64,000 bases of DNA from Armatimonadota bacterium (GTDB taxonomy: Bacteria > Armatimonadota > UBA5829 > DTLH01): assembly GCA_038207085.1 (NCBI GenBank), contig JBBRAE010000006.1, forward strand, positions 1,818 to 65,817. The letters run 5' to 3'. The position numbers and the translations under genes were made by a program. Of this stretch, positions 56,541 to 64,000 are shown one piece after another. Positions within the stretch are counted from its first letter, which is position 1, and each line of letters starts with the position of its first letter. The notes under the pieces are model-generated. The model had not been told where the DNA came from. It made no database searches and saw nothing but the letters and a program-made list of their open reading frames with translations.

Positions 56541-56966
56541 CTAGACGAGCTTGGCGTCGAGTGTGATCTCAGTGCCCGCGAGCGCTTTCGAAACCGGACA
56601 ACCCACCTTGGCGGCGTTTGCCTGCTCCATAAACGCGGTCTCGTCGATGTTGGGAATCTCCGCCTCCATCGTGAGCGCACTCTTGGTGATCGCAAACCCT
56701 TCGCCGACCTTGTCAATCGTCACCTTTGCAATGGTGTGGATCCTCTTGGGGTCGTACCCCGCGGCGGCCAGCCCGGCTGCAAGAGCCATGCTAAAGCATC
56801 CGGCATGCGCAGCTCCGATCAGTTCTTCCGGGTTGGTGCCAGTGCCTTCTTCAAATCGTGACATAAACGAATAAGCGCCTTCAAAAGCCCCACTTTCAAG
56901 CTTCATTATGCCCTTGCCGTCGAAAAGATTGCCCTGCCACTCTGCTTCTGCGGTTCGTGTTGCCAT
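56541..56966 (-). CDS. osmC: OsmC/Ohr-family peroxiredoxin
   Basis: GAAHAGCFSMAL and VGCPVSKAL motifs. 141 aa. Confidence 0.85.
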   Translation of the reverse strand: MATRTAEAEWQGNLFDGKGIMKLESGAFEGAYSFMSRFEEGTGTNPEELIGAAHAGCFSMALAAGLAAAGYDPKRIHTIAKVTIDKVGEGFAITKSALTMEAEIPNIDETAFMEQANAAKVGCPVSKALAGTEITLDAKLV

Positions 56967-57133
56967 GATTCCTCCTGCGTTTGGTTGTTTGCTATTACAA
57001 GCTCGTCCGTATTATACCAACCAAGCGCAATTTCTAACCCACATTCATCACGTTTGTTGTGGACAATGCGTAATTTGCAGGAGATTTATTGGCCTGACAA
57101 GCGAAGAGGCCGCACGTGGCGGCCTCTGTCTGA

Positions 57134-57325
57134 CTATATGCTCTGCTGCCTTTTCTTCTCTCCCAGGGTTTCGTCAGCATACTTGTCCGGATGCTTCTCA
57201 AACTCCTGGGCATCCTCAAGCGAGCAAAACCAGTAAGTCGTGTCTTTGTATTCGATCTGCTCCGGATACTCGACGTCGTCGATCTCACGGTGGCAGACTG
57301 GGTCTATGATAGGCATACTACACAC
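57134..57325 (-). CDS. YHS-domain small metal-binding protein
   Basis: PVCHREID...YWFCSLEDAQEFEKHPDKY matches the YHS/TRASH-like motif. Confidence 0.6.
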   Translation of the reverse strand: MCSMPIIDPVCHREIDDVEYPEQIEYKDTTYWFCSLEDAQEFEKHPDKYADETLGEKKRQQSI

Positions 57326-57385
57326 CTCCTAGTACCCTCTCATAGAAATGATACCCGCTCTCGAAACCTGCGAAACAGCGAGCCA

Positions 57386-58069
57386 TCAATAAAATTTGGG
57401 AGGCCGCTGGATGCGTGAAAGCTCATCTTTGAATCTCAGCCAGTCCGGTGTGTTGAACTCCGGGCCGTCTATGATCGAGCCGCCGCTCAGTACTCTTGGG
57501 TATCCGTTGCCGATGACGTAGAACGATTCGCCGTTCGGCAGTGTGTATACCGTGCCTGCACCGAGCCCGTAGGCCATAGGCATCTGTGGCTGATTGCCAA
57601 CGCTTCCGTAGAACACTGGCCCGCTATTCGGTGCAGGGGCGACAGATTCATACTGGTCCATCCCCGGCTCGAACCCTGGCGCTGGCGCAATCGGTCCGAC
57701 AGGTTTTGGAGCTACAGCGGGCGCAGGCTTGGGCTTGGGCGAGATGATGTATCTGCCGTCTGACAGCTTGACCGTGAGGCCCGCGCCGTCGGCGAGTGAT
57801 TTCAGAGCATCTACAAAGGGGACGTTTTTCATCCCAAGTGTAATGGTGCCCGACACGCTGGGCTGGATCGTATATTTATAACCAGCCTGCTGAAACAGCA
57901 GGTCGATAGCGTCGATGACTGGGCTGTTTGTCACTTGCAGAGTCACCATTTTGGGTGCAGTGGGGCTCACGGTTGCTGTGGTTGTGTCCGAGAAACCTGC
58001 GGACGCTACCATGAGCAGACCCGCGACCACCTGCATAAGGGTGAGTTTTATCCATCGCTGAACAGCCAT
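57386..58069 (-). CDS. Secreted hypothetical protein with secretin/TonB-N-like short domain and Pro-rich linker
   Basis: Signal/TM IKLTLMQVVAGLLMVASAG. An STN-like segment (VIDAIDLLFQQAGYKYTI...VPFVDALKSLADGAGLTVK). A PKPKPAPAVAPKPVGPIAPAPG linker. Confidence 0.45.
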   Translation of the reverse strand: MAVQRWIKLTLMQVVAGLLMVASAGFSDTTTATVSPTAPKMVTLQVTNSPVIDAIDLLFQQAGYKYTIQPSVSGTITLGMKNVPFVDALKSLADGAGLTVKLSDGRYIISPKPKPAPAVAPKPVGPIAPAPGFEPGMDQYESVAPAPNSGPVFYGSVGNQPQMPMAYGLGAGTVYTLPNGESFYVIGNGYPRVLSGGSIIDGPEFNTPDWLRFKDELSRIQRPPKFY

Positions 58070-58217
58070 TGTTTCCTTACCTCCATCCACAAGTGCAAAC
58101 GCACCTGCAATATGTTTCTACCCAGTTCAGCGGTGCACACGCGGTTTTTGGGCGCACATGCGGAAAACTCATATATTATTATTGTGCCGTGTCGGAGGGT
58201 CGGTCTGGATGCGCGGG

Positions 58218-58829
58218 TTAGATCGCTCTTGCTCGAATTGCAAGGCAGATCGGCCACGCCGAACGTGCTTCGATGGGCTCAAAGCCAGCGTTCTGGAGGT
58301 AGCGGGCCATGCTTTTTCTGGTGTAGGTCTTGCAGGGGATGCCCTTTGACTCAAGATATTTTCTGTAGAGGAACGCAAAGGCTCCGGCCTGGGGTGCGAT
58401 TATAAGCATCTCGCCGCCGGGCTTTATCATACGTCGAAGAGACAAGAGGAACTTGACCGGGTCGATTGCGAACTCAGCGACTCCGGCGCAGAAGAGAAAA
58501 TCGACGGGAAGGGAGATGTCGCACGGCGGCTCGGAGTGTTCGATATCCATCACGCAGGCGGGAAAGCCGAGTTCTTTTACGATCGAGACCATCTGGCCTG
58601 AGATATCCACTGCACAGACGTTGAACCCGCGGTCGCGGAGCACCTGGCAGTAGTAGCCGGGCCCGCATCCTGCGTCGAGGGCCGCGCCCTGTCCTGATTT
58701 GGGGATCATGTCGAGCGTAATCGCAAGCTCGCGGTTTCTCATCCATCCCATCAGGCCTTTGGAGGCTCGTCCGAGGTAGTTTTTTGAAGCGGTGTCGTAG
58801 TAATCCCTAAGAATCTCTCGCGAATTGTT
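58218..58829 (-). CDS. Class I SAM-dependent methyltransferase (Methyltransf_11-like)
   Basis: ALDAGCGPGYY motif I, and CAVDISGQM. Start at ATG 58829 (MNNSREIL). Confidence 0.75.
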   Translation of the reverse strand, partial: NNSREILRDYYDTASKNYLGRASKGLMGWMRNRELAITLDMIPKSGQGAALDAGCGPGYYCQVLRDRGFNVCAVDISGQMVSIVKELGFPACVMDIEHSEPPCDISLPVDFLFCAGVAEFAIDPVKFLLSLRRMIKPGGEMLIIAPQAGAFAFLYRKYLESKGIPCKTYTRKSMARYLQNAGFEPIEARSAWPICLAIRARAI

Positions 58830-58888
58830 CATAGTCTGTCTCCAGCACAAGTATAGCTGATTACCTGGTTTTTATGCCAGGGTTTTGT

Positions 58889-59872
58889 TTATTCTTCCAC
58901 ACTGCCGTATTCGGCGCGAAATAGCGTTTGCAATTGGTCGTCTTTTCGTTCGATTACGGCACGCCTGATCTTGCGCAGGGAATCGTCGGTCGCATATACC
59001 CGAAGCGCCGAAAGCGCTTCCTTGGCTGTGTTTGATTCTGCATTGCGGAGCACATCAAGCAAGAATTGGAACGCTTCATCGGTGCGAACGAGCGCGATCG
59101 GCAGGATCAGGCCTCTGCGGATGGTGGGGGAGGGGTAGCTGTCCCAACGCTCGCGGAGCAGGTCGTAGGCGCGGGCGACTCGAGAGTTGCCGATGGCAAG
59201 CGCCGCCGATTGGGAGATCGCCGGGGCAGGGGAGTCGAGAAACCGCACGAGAAAGTCGATAGAGCGATCCGGGGCCATCGTGATAAGCCCATCCAGACAC
59301 TCCCTGACTACCTCGGGGTCGCTGTCGCCTGCGTGCGCTTTCAGCCGGAGGAGATGCTCACTTTCGGGTCGGCCGAGGTATGCGGTCGCCTTTGCCGCAG
59401 CTGCGCGAACGCTCGAGTCGGGGTCTACCAAGAGGTCCGTAAGTATATACAGCGCATCGGTGTGCTCGGTCCGGGCGAGGCCGAAGGCGCAGCCGATTCT
59501 GACCTGCACGGCAGTGTCGACCGGGCCGCCGTACGCGGGCTCTATCTGAACATATTTTGCTCCTGCGACCAACACCTCATCTCCCATATACTCCATCTCG
59601 TTTAGAGCGTTTACTATGGAGATTTTGGCGTTGCAGAGCTTGTCTTTCTTGCTGCCGTTGGTCATGAGACTCTCAAAGGCTGAGATCATATCCGGGACGA
59701 GATCGTGCAGCTTTCGGCGTCCGGCGATGTCGGCTGCCGCGGAGACGAGCAGGCTGTTTGCGCCATCAATGGCGAGCTTCAGTGTGGCGATGGTCTGGGC
59801 TCCTACGGGGCCGGTCCCAAGGCTCTGAAGTGCGTTGTAGGCGGCTTCGAAACTCGACGATGTCTTTCTCAT
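58889..59872 (-). CDS. HEAT-repeat domain protein
   Basis: Repeated about 30-aa units with ...VR.AAA.ALG.IG... periodicity. Confidence 0.6.
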   Translation of the reverse strand: MRKTSSSFEAAYNALQSLGTGPVGAQTIATLKLAIDGANSLLVSAAADIAGRRKLHDLVPDMISAFESLMTNGSKKDKLCNAKISIVNALNEMEYMGDEVLVAGAKYVQIEPAYGGPVDTAVQVRIGCAFGLARTEHTDALYILTDLLVDPDSSVRAAAAKATAYLGRPESEHLLRLKAHAGDSDPEVVRECLDGLITMAPDRSIDFLVRFLDSPAPAISQSAALAIGNSRVARAYDLLRERWDSYPSPTIRRGLILPIALVRTDEAFQFLLDVLRNAESNTAKEALSALRVYATDDSLRKIRRAVIERKDDQLQTLFRAEYGSVEE

Positions 59873-60067
59873 TGCGGCAATATCTCCTCTGCAGCCAGTC
59901 CGTGGCAGGTCCCGATGAATGATAGGCTGAGCTTTAGCCAGCTGTCAAGTGGAGATTCCCTGATAGCCGGTCATAATCGGCTTTGGAGTGCGGCGTGCGC
60001 GCGCCGCTTTCACAGACATTCCGACTGACGACAATATGGCGCTCACACACTGCACTCCACATAGCCC

Positions 60068-60137
60068 GCATTATTCACGAGAAGCGTGAATGATGCTCTC
60101 TTAGCAAGAGCTTTATTCGCTTCACGAATAAAGCGGG
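60068..60137 (+). repeat. Copy C of the 70-nt double AT-rich hairpin element
   Basis: GCATTATTCACG-AGAAG-CGTGAATGATGC (one G-U pair), then GCTTTATTCG-CTTCA-CGAATAAAGC. Confidence 0.6.
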
Positions 60138-60277
60138 ATAGAGTCTGCCCAGCACCCAGTGGAGGGTTGCCTGTCGCAATGTGGAGGATTATGTGTCGGC
60201 AGTCGGGCATTGTGGGGTGGTGGCTGGATGAGCTACTTGCCGCTCATCCAGCCATTTGATACGATTTCTTTCTTTCA

Positions 60278-61732
60278 TCACGCCTGGCGCTTTATGTAAA
60301 CGGCTTTATGCTCAGTGAAAGCCAGGACACCGGTGTTTCCGGCCTCGGGGAGCCCGCGGCCCGACTCCTTGACCCCGCCGAACTCAAGCTGCGGCTCTTT
60401 CCAAGCCGTCGGCATGTTCACGTGGCAGACACCAGACTCTATCCCATCGACGAATCTCATGGCCTTGTCGAGGTCGTTGGTGTAGATCGAAGACGAAAGC
60501 CCATACTCCACCGAGTTCGCAATCTCAAGCGCTTCTTCAAAATCTTTCGCGCGGATGACCGAAAGCACCGGCCCGAAGATCTCTTCCCTGGCGATTCGCA
60601 TCTCGGGAGTGACATCAGCAAAGACTGTGGGTGCGATGAAGTAGCCGCTCTCAAGCTCGCCGCCTGAAAGCGCCGTGCCACCCGCGCATAGCCTCGCGCC
60701 TTCTTCCTTGCCGACCTGGATGTACTCGAGTATCGTCTTATACTGGGTAGGGCCTGTGACCGGGCCCATTTGGGTCTTCTCGCAGAGCCCGTTTCCTATG
60801 ACCAGGCTCTTTGCCTTCTCCGTGATCCTCTCGACGAAGGCGTCGTAGACCGAGTCTTCGACCACGGCGCGGCTGGTTGACGTGCACCACTGCCCGCTGC
60901 AACTGAACGCGCCAAGCGCGGCGGCATCGACTGCCCGGTCGAGGTCGGCGTCCGCGAGGACCACAAGCGGGTTCTTGCCGCCGAGTTCGAGCTGGATCTT
61001 GATCTGTCGGCTTGCGACTTTCTCGGCGATACCGAGGCCCACACTTGTCGACCCCGTGAAGGATATCGCCCGGACTGCGGAGTGGGTAGTCAGCGTGTCG
61101 CCGATCGCCGAGCCCCGGCCCGTCACGTAGTTGACGACACCTGCGGGGAAGCCTGCCTGGTCGAGCACTTCAAAGAGGAGGCCTGAGGTCATCGGGGTGA
61201 AGTCGGCGGGTTTGAGCACTACGGTGTTTCCTGCGATCAGTGCGGGGAACATCTTGCGGCACGCGACGTTTAGCGGGAAGTTCCAGGGGGTGATCAGTGT
61301 CACGACACCAAGCGGCTGGCGCGTCAGGTAGCAGAGCACTCCCGGCTGTTCGGAGGGCACTTGCTCGCCACCGAGACGCCATCCCTGTCCGATCTGAAAG
61401 TCGGCCTCTTTGATCGCTGCCAGAAACTCCACTCGGGATTCTCTGAGCGTCTTGCCGTTCTCAAGGGTGATCGCGCGGGCGAACTCGTCCTCGCGTGCCT
61501 TCATAAGCTCGATAGCCTTGCGCAGATACTCCGCGCGCTTCGGGACCGGGGTCGCGCGCCATGCCGGGAAAGCCGCCTCAGCAGCTGCAAATGCTTTCTC
61601 CGCGTCCTCGATCACCGATGCCTGCACATGGCAGATGATCTCGTCCCTGTTCGCGGGGTTGATATTATCCGAGGTCTTGCCCGAGACGGACTCGACCCAT
61701 TTGCCGTCGATGTAGTTCTTGATAATCTTCAT
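60278..61732 (-). CDS. NAD(P)-dependent aldehyde dehydrogenase family protein
   Basis: LELGGKNP (catalytic Glu region), FSCSGQWCTSTSR (catalytic Cys), and EIFGPV. 484 aa. Confidence 0.9.
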   Translation of the reverse strand: MKIIKNYIDGKWVESVSGKTSDNINPANRDEIICHVQASVIEDAEKAFAAAEAAFPAWRATPVPKRAEYLRKAIELMKAREDEFARAITLENGKTLRESRVEFLAAIKEADFQIGQGWRLGGEQVPSEQPGVLCYLTRQPLGVVTLITPWNFPLNVACRKMFPALIAGNTVVLKPADFTPMTSGLLFEVLDQAGFPAGVVNYVTGRGSAIGDTLTTHSAVRAISFTGSTSVGLGIAEKVASRQIKIQLELGGKNPLVVLADADLDRAVDAAALGAFSCSGQWCTSTSRAVVEDSVYDAFVERITEKAKSLVIGNGLCEKTQMGPVTGPTQYKTILEYIQVGKEEGARLCAGGTALSGGELESGYFIAPTVFADVTPEMRIAREEIFGPVLSVIRAKDFEEALEIANSVEYGLSSSIYTNDLDKAMRFVDGIESGVCHVNMPTAWKEPQLEFGGVKESGRGLPEAGNTGVLAFTEHKAVYIKRQA

Positions 61733-62106
61733 ACTATTTGCCTGTTACCTGCCAATCTTTCTGTGACCAGTAGTGGATCGCTCTGTCTCTGCAACTTGAT
61801 CCCGAACACTATATCGTATCATGAGATGTTCGCTTGTCAACACCCAAAATGACACTGGGGTAGAATTATGCGTGTGGAAGCTACCTTAACGATGCGGCCA
61901 CCTCTGCCCTGCCGACATTTTGGATCATCTTGCTTCGGCCGCCGTATGACCGACGACACTGCGATTCTGGTCGTCGGTCGGAACCTGTGGGTCTAGCATA
62001 CGGACGACCGCTCTCTGTTTCGTGCGCGGGCAGATGGTCAATACTTGCATTACGGTGGGACTCAGAAAGCAATGCTACTTGCGCTCACGGGGATGGTTTG
62101 TTGATC

Positions 62107-64000
62107 ATGGCGGATGAACTCGACGCAGCGGCCATTACTGGTCTGTCCGAGCAGGAGGCTGCCGACAGGCTGGAGAATGACGGGTACAATGAAATCCAGA
62201 CGGCAAGGCCGGGCAACGTCTTTGCCGTCGCCCTCAGCGTTGTAAGAGAGCCCATGTTTCTTCTGCTTATCGCGGGTGGATGTGTGTACCTCCTGCTCGG
62301 CAGCACTGGAGAAGCGCTGATGCTGCTCGGGTTTGTCGTTGCTGTTATAGGCATCACCATTTACCAGGAGAGAAAGAGCGAAAGGGCTCTTGAGGCCCTG
62401 CGGGATCTGTCCAGCCCCCGGGCATTGGTCATACGAGCGGGTCTGCAGATGCGTATTGCCGGTCGCGAAGTGGTCCGCGGGGATACACTTGTCATCCGGG
62501 AAGGCGACCGCGTGCCTGCCGACGCGGTTCTTCTCTCAGCGACTAACCTCAGTGTCGACGAATCCCTGCTGACCGGAGAGTCTGTGTCTGTTCGGAAATC
62601 TGCCTGGGACGGCGTTGCCGAAATGGGGCCTCCGGGCGGCGACGATCTGCCATTTCTGTACTCGGGAACCCTGGTAGTCAATGGGCAGGGGATCGCCGTG
62701 GCGCAGTCCGTCGGCGCACGTACCGAGCTTGGCAAGATCGGCACTGCGCTTCGTGGGATACAGTCTGAGGATACACTGCTGGAGCGTCAGACCAGACGTC
62801 TTGTCCGCAACCTGGCCATAGTCGGCCTGTCTTTGTCGGTCTTTCTGGTGGTAGCCTACGGCATCACGAGGGGCCACTGGATCAAAGGCGTCTTGAGCGG
62901 GATTGCCCTGGCGATGGCAGTGCTTCCGGAGGAGTTTCCCGTAGTGCTCACGGTCTTTCTTGCTCTGGGGGCTTGGCGCATTTCTCTCAAACACGTCCTA
63001 ACCCGCCGCATGCCCGCAATCGAGACTTTGGGGGCCGCGACTGTGCTCTGTGTGGACAAGACCGGGACGCTCACCCTCAACCGTATGTCGGTGAGAAAGC
63101 TGCTGGCTCAAAATGAGTTCTGCGAGACCGGCCCCGTGGCGCTTCTGTGCCTGCCGGACACATTTCACGAGCTTGTGGAGTTTGCCGTCCTTGCAAGCCA
63201 AAGGGACCCTTTCGACCCGATGGAAAGGGCGATCAAGGAGTTTGGCGAGGAGTATCTCGCACGCACGGAACATCTTCACGGCAATTGGATACTGGCCCGT
63301 GAATACCCGCTATCTGCTGAACTGCTGGCGATGTCGCACGTGTGGCAGTCCCCGGAGGGGCATGATTACGTCATTGCCGCCAAAGGCGCCCCCGAGGCCA
63401 TCTTCGATCTCTGCCACATGTCAGGAATCGAGCGACAAGAGGAATACTTGAGAGTCAACGTCATGGCCGATCAGGGGCTGAGGGTGATCGGGGTTGCCAG
63501 GTCATCGTTTCAGCACCAAGCGCTGCCAATAAAACAGCACGACTTTGAGTTTGAGTATTTGGGGCTCGTAGGCTTGGCCGACCCCGTGCGACCGGCTGTG
63601 CCTGATGCCGTCAAAGAGTGCCGCAACGCCGGAATAAGGGTCGCAATGATCACCGGCGACTACCCCGGCACCGCGCAGAGCGTCGCTGAGGAGATAGGTC
63701 TGGAGTCTCCGGGCGAATGTGTCACAGGAGAGGAACTCAGCCAAATGAGCGACGCGGAGATGCGGGGGCGTATCCGTTCCACCAACATCTTCGCCCGGGT
63801 CGTCCCTGAACAGAAGCTGCGCCTGGTAAGGGCGCTGCAGGCCAACGGAGAGATCGTTGCTATGACCGGAGACGGAGTGAACGACGCCCCCGCGCTGAAA
63901 GCCGCCTATATCGGCATCGCTATGGGAGGACGCGGCACCGATGTAGCCCGGGAAGCCGCCGACTTGGTGCTCCTGGATGACGACTTCTCCTCGATCGTCG
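62107..64000 (+). CDS. Cation-transporting P-type ATPase (P2-type-like). The 3' end runs off the window (partial).
   Basis: ATG 62107. The frame is open to the window end. DKTGTLT phosphorylation motif, TGES actuator motif (LTGESVSV), and MITGDYPGTA / TGDGVNDAPALKAA hinge motifs. Absent from the ORF track because there is no stop in the window. Confidence 0.85.
   Translation, partial: MADELDAAAITGLSEQEAADRLENDGYNEIQTARPGNVFAVALSVVREPMFLLLIAGGCVYLLLGSTGEALMLLGFVVAVIGITIYQERKSERALEALRDLSSPRALVIRAGLQMRIAGREVVRGDTLVIREGDRVPADAVLLSATNLSVDESLLTGESVSVRKSAWDGVAEMGPPGGDDLPFLYSGTLVVNGQGIAVAQSVGARTELGKIGTALRGIQSEDTLLERQTRRLVRNLAIVGLSLSVFLVVAYGITRGHWIKGVLSGIALAMAVLPEEFPVVLTVFLALGAWRISLKHVLTRRMPAIETLGAATVLCVDKTGTLTLNRMSVRKLLAQNEFCETGPVALLCLPDTFHELVEFAVLASQRDPFDPMERAIKEFGEEYLARTEHLHGNWILAREYPLSAELLAMSHVWQSPEGHDYVIAAKGAPEAIFDLCHMSGIERQEEYLRVNVMADQGLRVIGVARSSFQHQALPIKQHDFEFEYLGLVGLADPVRPAVPDAVKECRNAGIRVAMITGDYPGTAQSVAEEIGLESPGECVTGEELSQMSDAEMRGRIRSTNIFARVVPEQKLRLVRALQANGEIVAMTGDGVNDAPALKAAYIGIAMGGRGTDVAREAADLVLLDDDFSSIV

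Overview
GC-rich bacterial chromosomal segment of 64 kb (phylum not determinable from sequence). About half the window is a housekeeping backbone and about half is accessory. Two tRNA genes fall in the window: Met-CAT at 5540-5616 and Val-CAC at 55970-56044. Both sit beside accessory or decayed DNA.

Backbone genes:
- cdsA.
- A thiE-thiC operon with an attenuator-like leader.
- gmk-coaBC.
- metK with a structured leader.
- priA.
- def, a SAM-dependent methyltransferase, and fmt.
- msrA.
- pilT.
- osmC.
- An aldehyde dehydrogenase.
- A P-type ATPase (partial, runs off the window end).

Accessory and mobile content:
- A HicB/HicA pair, plus an orphan HicB-like gene directly after tRNA-Met.
- A Type II restriction-modification module. 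The N6-adenine methyltransferase gene is intact. The PD-(D/E)XK endonuclease gene carries an in-frame TGA.
- An O-demethylase-like corrinoid methyltransferase module. It has a 2Fe-2S/ASKHA reductive activase, a corrinoid protein and a UroD/MtaA-family methyltransferase.
- A membrane glycosylation-like cluster. It has an ArnE/F-like small transporter, a YfhO-like membrane protein and a second large polytopic membrane protein.
- A VapC PIN toxin with an upstream partner ORF.
- A second DNA methyltransferase (SPPF motif) with no adjacent nuclease.
- A GH2 glycosidase.
- A five-gene operon on the minus strand at 47.1-52.7 kb whose genes overlap end to start. It encodes an SNF2 helicase fused to an Mrr-like nuclease domain, two paralogous P-loop ATPase-like proteins and two unknowns. 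This is the best candidate for an undescribed defence-type system.
- A decayed island next to tRNA-Val. It holds a GH28-like gene with an in-frame TGA, an IS66 transposase N-terminal fragment, transporter fragments and one copy of a 187-nt element.

Repeat families found by eye:
- A 187-nt highly structured element with about 20-bp terminal inverted repeats, 2 copies (MITE-like or ncRNA).
- A 70-nt double AT-rich hairpin element, 3 copies.
- A tandem heptad (GGGTTAG)x3 G-quadruplex-like tract.
- AGCTAAN heptad tracts that share an 18-mer at two loci.
- Tandem hairpin repeats in the metK leader.
- A multi-hairpin structure between metK and priA.

No CRISPR array and no rRNA were found.
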